DNA of 10,471 nt from a virus (lineage: Duplodnaviria > Heunggongvirae > Uroviricota > Caudoviricetes), in IMG/VR virus record IMGVR_UViG_2675903650_000003, positions 1 through 10,471 of that record; one strand, 5' to 3'. A model generated the notes under the pieces. That model searched no databases, was not told the origin of the DNA, and was given only the letters and a program-made list of their open reading frames with translations. The translations under genes were made by a program, and so were the position numbers. Shown piece after piece: positions 6,857 to 10,471 of the stretch. Numbering within the stretch: position 1 is the stretch's first letter; the number at the start of each line of letters is the position of its first letter.

Positions 6857-7237
6857 ATGTTCAATCCTGATAAATACCTTTCTGTCATATTGCAGAAGGG
6901 CGGTCGCACTTATCCTGAACTTGACTGCTTCGGCATAGTGAACGAGGTACGAAAAGACCTGGGGCTACCACTGTGGCCAGATTTTTCAGGTATAACAAAA
7001 GACGGCGGAGGTTTAAACCGAGAGGCCAGAAAGCTCATGCTTTCTCTGGAAAAATGCGCGCCGTGTATAGGTGCCGGTGCCGCCTGTTATTCCGGGTCAA
7101 CCGTTACTCATGTTGGTGTAGTCGTTGAAATTAACGGCCAATTGCATGTCGCAGAGTGCAACCCAGGAGTGAACGTTACCTTCCTTCCTGTCTCGCGTTT
7201 CAAACGTCGTTTTGTCAAAGTGGAGTTCTGGAAGTGA
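6857..7237 (+). CDS. Tail tip assembly protein with NlpC/P60-like papain-fold domain (lambda gpK-like, minimal)
   Basis: 126-aa product. LDCFGIV (Cys24, codon 6926-6928) matches the NlpC/P60 DCSG-type catalytic Cys motif. THVGVVV (His85, 7109-7111) and LHVAE (His97, 7145-7147) match the downstream His-containing motifs. Strong RBS AAGGAG at 6845-6850. Confidence 0.7.
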   Translation: MFNPDKYLSVILQKGGRTYPELDCFGIVNEVRKDLGLPLWPDFSGITKDGGGLNREARKLMLSLEKCAPCIGAGAACYSGSTVTHVGVVVEINGQLHVAECNPGVNVTFLPVSRFKRRFVKVEFWK

Positions 7238-9951
7238 CTATCAGAATTTATCCTTCACGGCTGCCTGGCGAGCCACTCGAAACTCATGAACATGGCGCAG
7301 TAACTATCCATCAGTGGCTTGCGAAGAACGTTCAGGGCTATAAGCCTGATATGAAGCACCCGATCACCGTTGATGTTGATGGAGAGAACATACCGCCTCA
7401 GGCATGGTTTGAATTTGCTATCAAATCAGACAGTGATGTCAGAATTTACCCTGTCCCTTATGGCGCTGTAGCTCTTGTCTGGATTGCCGTTGCTGTATCA
7501 GTTGCATCAGTCGCGTATGCTCTTTTCTTTGCTCCTGGTGTTGGTGACCTTGGCGGTTATTCATCAGGAACGGGAAACCCTCTTGATGTAAATCCTGCTA
7601 AAGCGAATAACGCAAAATTGGGCGACCCGATACGTGAGTTATTTGGACGAAGCCGTATTTATCCTGACTATGCAGTGCAGCCTGTAACAAGATTCTCAGT
7701 TGATGATCCAACGGTAATGACAGTTGAAATGTTTGTTGTTATGGGGAGAGGGCGTTTTTCATTTGGGGATGGCGATATTCGTGTAGGGTCAACTCCAATT
7801 GCTTCTCTTGGTGATGGGTTTAACTACACAGTGTATCAACCCGGGCAAAGCGTTAGTGGAGATCAACGATCAGAAAACTGGTTCAATTCCACAGAGGTTG
7901 GGGGAACCGCATCTGGTTCTGGTCTTGATATGGCGCAAACCGCGCCGGACACGGAAGATGTTGTTGCTAATTCGCTAACCGTTTCCGGACCAACAATAAC
8001 ATTTAATGGGCTGAGCACGGATGATGGAGATGAAACAACAAATGATCTTCCAGATACATGGACTGTTGGTGCAATTGTTGAGTTAATTGTTCCTGATTCC
8101 TATGTGGTAACTAATGATGGTGCTTACAGCAGAATTACCAGTGACACGCTGGAGGAAATAGCTCCTTATGTTGGGATGCCTGTAACTCTCTGGTACAACA
8201 GCATTGATTACCAACTATTCATTGCTGATTTTATACCTCACTCTGAGCCAGTCGGCGAAGATGTGATTACCGCATCAATAACCCTCGCTTACGATAGCGC
8301 CACTGGAACTCCGTTCACCGGGATTCCTGAAGGTTATGTCAGGCTATCTGTTTCCCATTCCGGAAGCGAATATAAGATTCTTGATATAGATGGTAGCTCT
8401 GTAACTCTGGAGCGGGTTATTGATGGCAGCGTTGATCCGTCATGGCCTGGATTTTCACCGCGCACAGTTCTTGATTTTGAAGCCAACGGTTTAAATGAGA
8501 ACGATAGTTGGATGGGACCTTTTCTGGCGTGCCCAGAAAATGAAGTTGTTGATATGTTCGAAGTAAACTTCTTCTTCCCAAACGGGATTTGTGGGTATAA
8601 CAAAAAAGGGAACAAACAATACCGTGAGGTAAAGTGGGAGATTCAGTACCGGCCATATGGTTCAGGCGTCGGGTGGATAAGTAAAACCGGATCGTACTAC
8701 CTCCAGAACATTAACGGACTGGGATTTACCGAAAGAATCACGCTGGATACGCCTGCGCTAGTAGAGGTGAGAGCTCGCCGCACGAACGAGCAGGGACAGA
8801 ATAACAGTCGCGATAACATGTACTGGCAGTCATTGCGAGGACGTTTGTTGTCACGGCCAGCATCGTATACTGGCGTCACCACAATTGCGGTTACTGTGGA
8901 AACTGGCGGTAAACTGGCAGCGCAGTCAGATCGCCGCGTAAACGTTGTAGCCACGCGAGTTTATGATTCTGGTGTGTCAAGGAGCATTTCTGGTGCTCTG
9001 TATCATATAGGTAATGAGTTGGGGCTAGCGATGGACCGTGAAGCTATTGACTCACTAGAAACTACTTACTGGACCCCTGGCAGTGAATTCTTTGACTATG
9101 CCACTACGGATTCTGTTTCTGCGCTGGAGATGCTTCAGAAGGTGACAAATGCAGGAAAAAGTTACTTCCTTCTTACCGATGGTCTGGCATCTGTAGCAAG
9201 GGAAGGTGTGAAAACGTGGACTGGAATAATCAGCCCACAGGAGATGACTGATCCGCTTCAGACTGCTTTCGTTGCTCCGTCAGCAGATGACTATGATGGT
9301 GTGGATGTTACATATATCAACGGCACTACATGGGCTGAAGAGACGGTGCAGTGCAGAACATCAGATAACCCAACTCCGGTAAAGATTGAGGACTATACGC
9401 TTGATGGTGTTCTTGACCAGGACCGTGCTTATCAGATAGGTATGCGACGTCTGATGAAGTACCTTCAGCAACGTTTGACTCATACCACAACAACGGAAAT
9501 GGATGCTCTCTGTTATAACGTTGGCGACAGGGTAGTATTCACGGATGATATTCCTGGTAGCAAAACAATAAGCACGTTGATTGAGGATATGAGTACAAGT
9601 GATGGCGTAACGACTATTACAGTATCAGAACCACTTGACTGGACATTCAACAACCCACGTGCATTGATACGCTATCAGGATGGTTCTGCTTCGGATTTGC
9701 TGGCAGCTACAAGGGTAAATGAATATGTTCTATCAGTAATAGAACAAGCAAAATTCAGCAATATCATGCTAAACGCCCCATCCATTGAATCGCCTCGTCT
9801 GATTTTCTGCGAGTCATCCCGTGTTGGATATAGCGCATTAATTTCAGAGATAGCACCGCAATCTGATGGAACATGTCAGGTAACGGCAAAAGAGTATCGC
9901 GACACTTTCTATCAGTACGATAACGCTACCTACCCCGGCAATGTAGCTTAA
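7234..9951 (+). CDS. Tail tip protein: lambda gpI-like N-terminal region fused in frame to a gpJ-like central tail fibre / host specificity protein
   Basis: Probable GTG start at 7234, overlapping the upstream stop (GTGA) with GGAG at 7222-7225. The track's ATG at 7156 lies inside the K-like gene. Residues 1-80 look ubiquitin-like, followed by a hydrophobic segment GAVALVWIAVAVSVASVAYALFFAPGV (about 7462-7545), then NNAKLGDPIRELFGRSRIY, which resembles lambda gpI (NVLPVLYGEMRVGS). The rest is a long beta-rich protein with J-like motifs (RRTNEQGQNNSRDNMYWQSLRGRLL). No stop codon separates the two parts. Confidence 0.7.
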   Translation: MTIRIYPSRLPGEPLETHEHGAVTIHQWLAKNVQGYKPDMKHPITVDVDGENIPPQAWFEFAIKSDSDVRIYPVPYGAVALVWIAVAVSVASVAYALFFAPGVGDLGGYSSGTGNPLDVNPAKANNAKLGDPIRELFGRSRIYPDYAVQPVTRFSVDDPTVMTVEMFVVMGRGRFSFGDGDIRVGSTPIASLGDGFNYTVYQPGQSVSGDQRSENWFNSTEVGGTASGSGLDMAQTAPDTEDVVANSLTVSGPTITFNGLSTDDGDETTNDLPDTWTVGAIVELIVPDSYVVTNDGAYSRITSDTLEEIAPYVGMPVTLWYNSIDYQLFIADFIPHSEPVGEDVITASITLAYDSATGTPFTGIPEGYVRLSVSHSGSEYKILDIDGSSVTLERVIDGSVDPSWPGFSPRTVLDFEANGLNENDSWMGPFLACPENEVVDMFEVNFFFPNGICGYNKKGNKQYREVKWEIQYRPYGSGVGWISKTGSYYLQNINGLGFTERITLDTPALVEVRARRTNEQGQNNSRDNMYWQSLRGRLLSRPASYTGVTTIAVTVETGGKLAAQSDRRVNVVATRVYDSGVSRSISGALYHIGNELGLAMDREAIDSLETTYWTPGSEFFDYATTDSVSALEMLQKVTNAGKSYFLLTDGLASVAREGVKTWTGIISPQEMTDPLQTAFVAPSADDYDGVDVTYINGTTWAEETVQCRTSDNPTPVKIEDYTLDGVLDQDRAYQIGMRRLMKYLQQRLTHTTTTEMDALCYNVGDRVVFTDDIPGSKTISTLIEDMSTSDGVTTITVSEPLDWTFNNPRALIRYQDGSASDLLAATRVNEYVLSVIEQAKFSNIMLNAPSIESPRLIFCESSRVGYSALISEIAPQSDGTCQVTAKEYRDTFYQYDNATYPGNVA

Positions 9952-9967
9952 TCCAAACATCAATATT

Positions 9968-9992
9968 ACCCGCTACGGCGGGTTTTTCTCTT
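9968..9992 (+). terminator. Rho-independent terminator downstream of the I/J-like gene
   Basis: Stem ACCCGC (9968-9973) / GCGGGT (9978-9983) with loop TACG, followed by TTTTTCTCTT. Next gene has GAGG at 9995-9998 and ATG at 10004. Confidence 0.6.
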
Positions 9993-10003
9993 ATGAGGCA
10001 AAT

Positions 10004-10465
10004 ATGACGACTTATAATACTGGCAATCCGCTGGGGTCTTCTGCTGCAAAAGATTTGTACGATAACGCCCAGAACTTCGATCATCTTTCTAATGATCAAT
10101 CCAATGAGTTATGGCCTGATCGTTTTGGTAATCCACGTCTTACTTGGCATGGTATGGAGTCAAAGTACAAAGAATCATTGTCAAAAATGGGTTGGATACT
10201 AATAAAATCATTTCAGGTTGGCGCAGAGATAACCTTGACTAATCAGGCATTGCACGACGAAACCTCTGGCGAGTATTACCGTTGGGATGGTGTATTACCT
10301 AAAACCGTTCCTGCTGGCTCTACGCCAGAAACGACAGGTGGGATTGGATTAGGTGCGTGGGTTAGCGTGGGTGATGCTTCATTGCGTGGAGATCTACTCA
10401 GCTTAGATGGTGAAAAATATATCGGTATCTGTCCTGACATTGCGGTGATGCTGCCAACTTACTGA
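10004..10465 (+). CDS. Hypothetical protein resembling the N-terminal anchor region of a tail fibre or tailspike (153 aa)
   Basis: Good RBS and ATG. AT-rich relative to upstream genes. Motifs GNPLGSSAAKDLYDNAQNFDHLSN and GIGLGAWVSVGDASLRGDLLS are reminiscent of N-terminal adaptor regions of phage fibres or spikes, but this is recalled similarity, not verified. In-frame TGA at 10463-10465, only 6 nt before the window ends. Confidence 0.5.
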   Translation: MTTYNTGNPLGSSAAKDLYDNAQNFDHLSNDQSNELWPDRFGNPRLTWHGMESKYKESLSKMGWILIKSFQVGAEITLTNQALHDETSGEYYRWDGVLPKTVPAGSTPETTGGIGLGAWVSVGDASLRGDLLSLDGEKYIGICPDIAVMLPTY

Positions 10466-10471
10466 TTTAGT

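Noticed and set aside
7156-7233. ATG at 7156 as the start of the large tail tip ORF
   Set aside because: That start would overlap the last 82 nt of the K-like gene. The in-frame GTG at 7234 has GGAG 9 nt upstream and overlaps the upstream stop (GTGA), matching the coupling pattern seen elsewhere in the operon.

Overview
The window reads as one co-directional (+ strand) morphogenesis operon of a lambda/HK97-like siphovirus, either a phage genome or a prophage; by hand-counted composition and codon usage it looks enterobacterial. Gene order is: end of the head module (small unknown ORF, gp6-like connector, small acidic ORF, head-tail adaptor), tail completion and tail terminator proteins, major tail protein, G/GT-type tail assembly chaperone, an 841-aa tape measure protein, then a compact lambda-like tail tip cluster (M-like, L-like, NlpC/P60 K-like, and one large ORF that looks like a fusion of lambda I-like and J-like parts), followed by a terminator and an AT-rich ORF that resembles the N-terminus of a tail fibre or tailspike. 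All family assignments come from reading the translations and from gene order; no database search was possible. I found no tRNA, rRNA, CRISPR array, integrase, transposase or defence-like gene, and no convincing evidence of a novel non-structural system. The most notable points are a -1 frameshift extension of the chaperone that the ORF track misses (canonical GGGAAAG slip site), the apparent I::J fusion, a minimal NlpC/P60-only K-like protein, an L-like protein lacking a C-terminal cysteine cluster, and AT-rich mosaic segments at the receptor-binding end.
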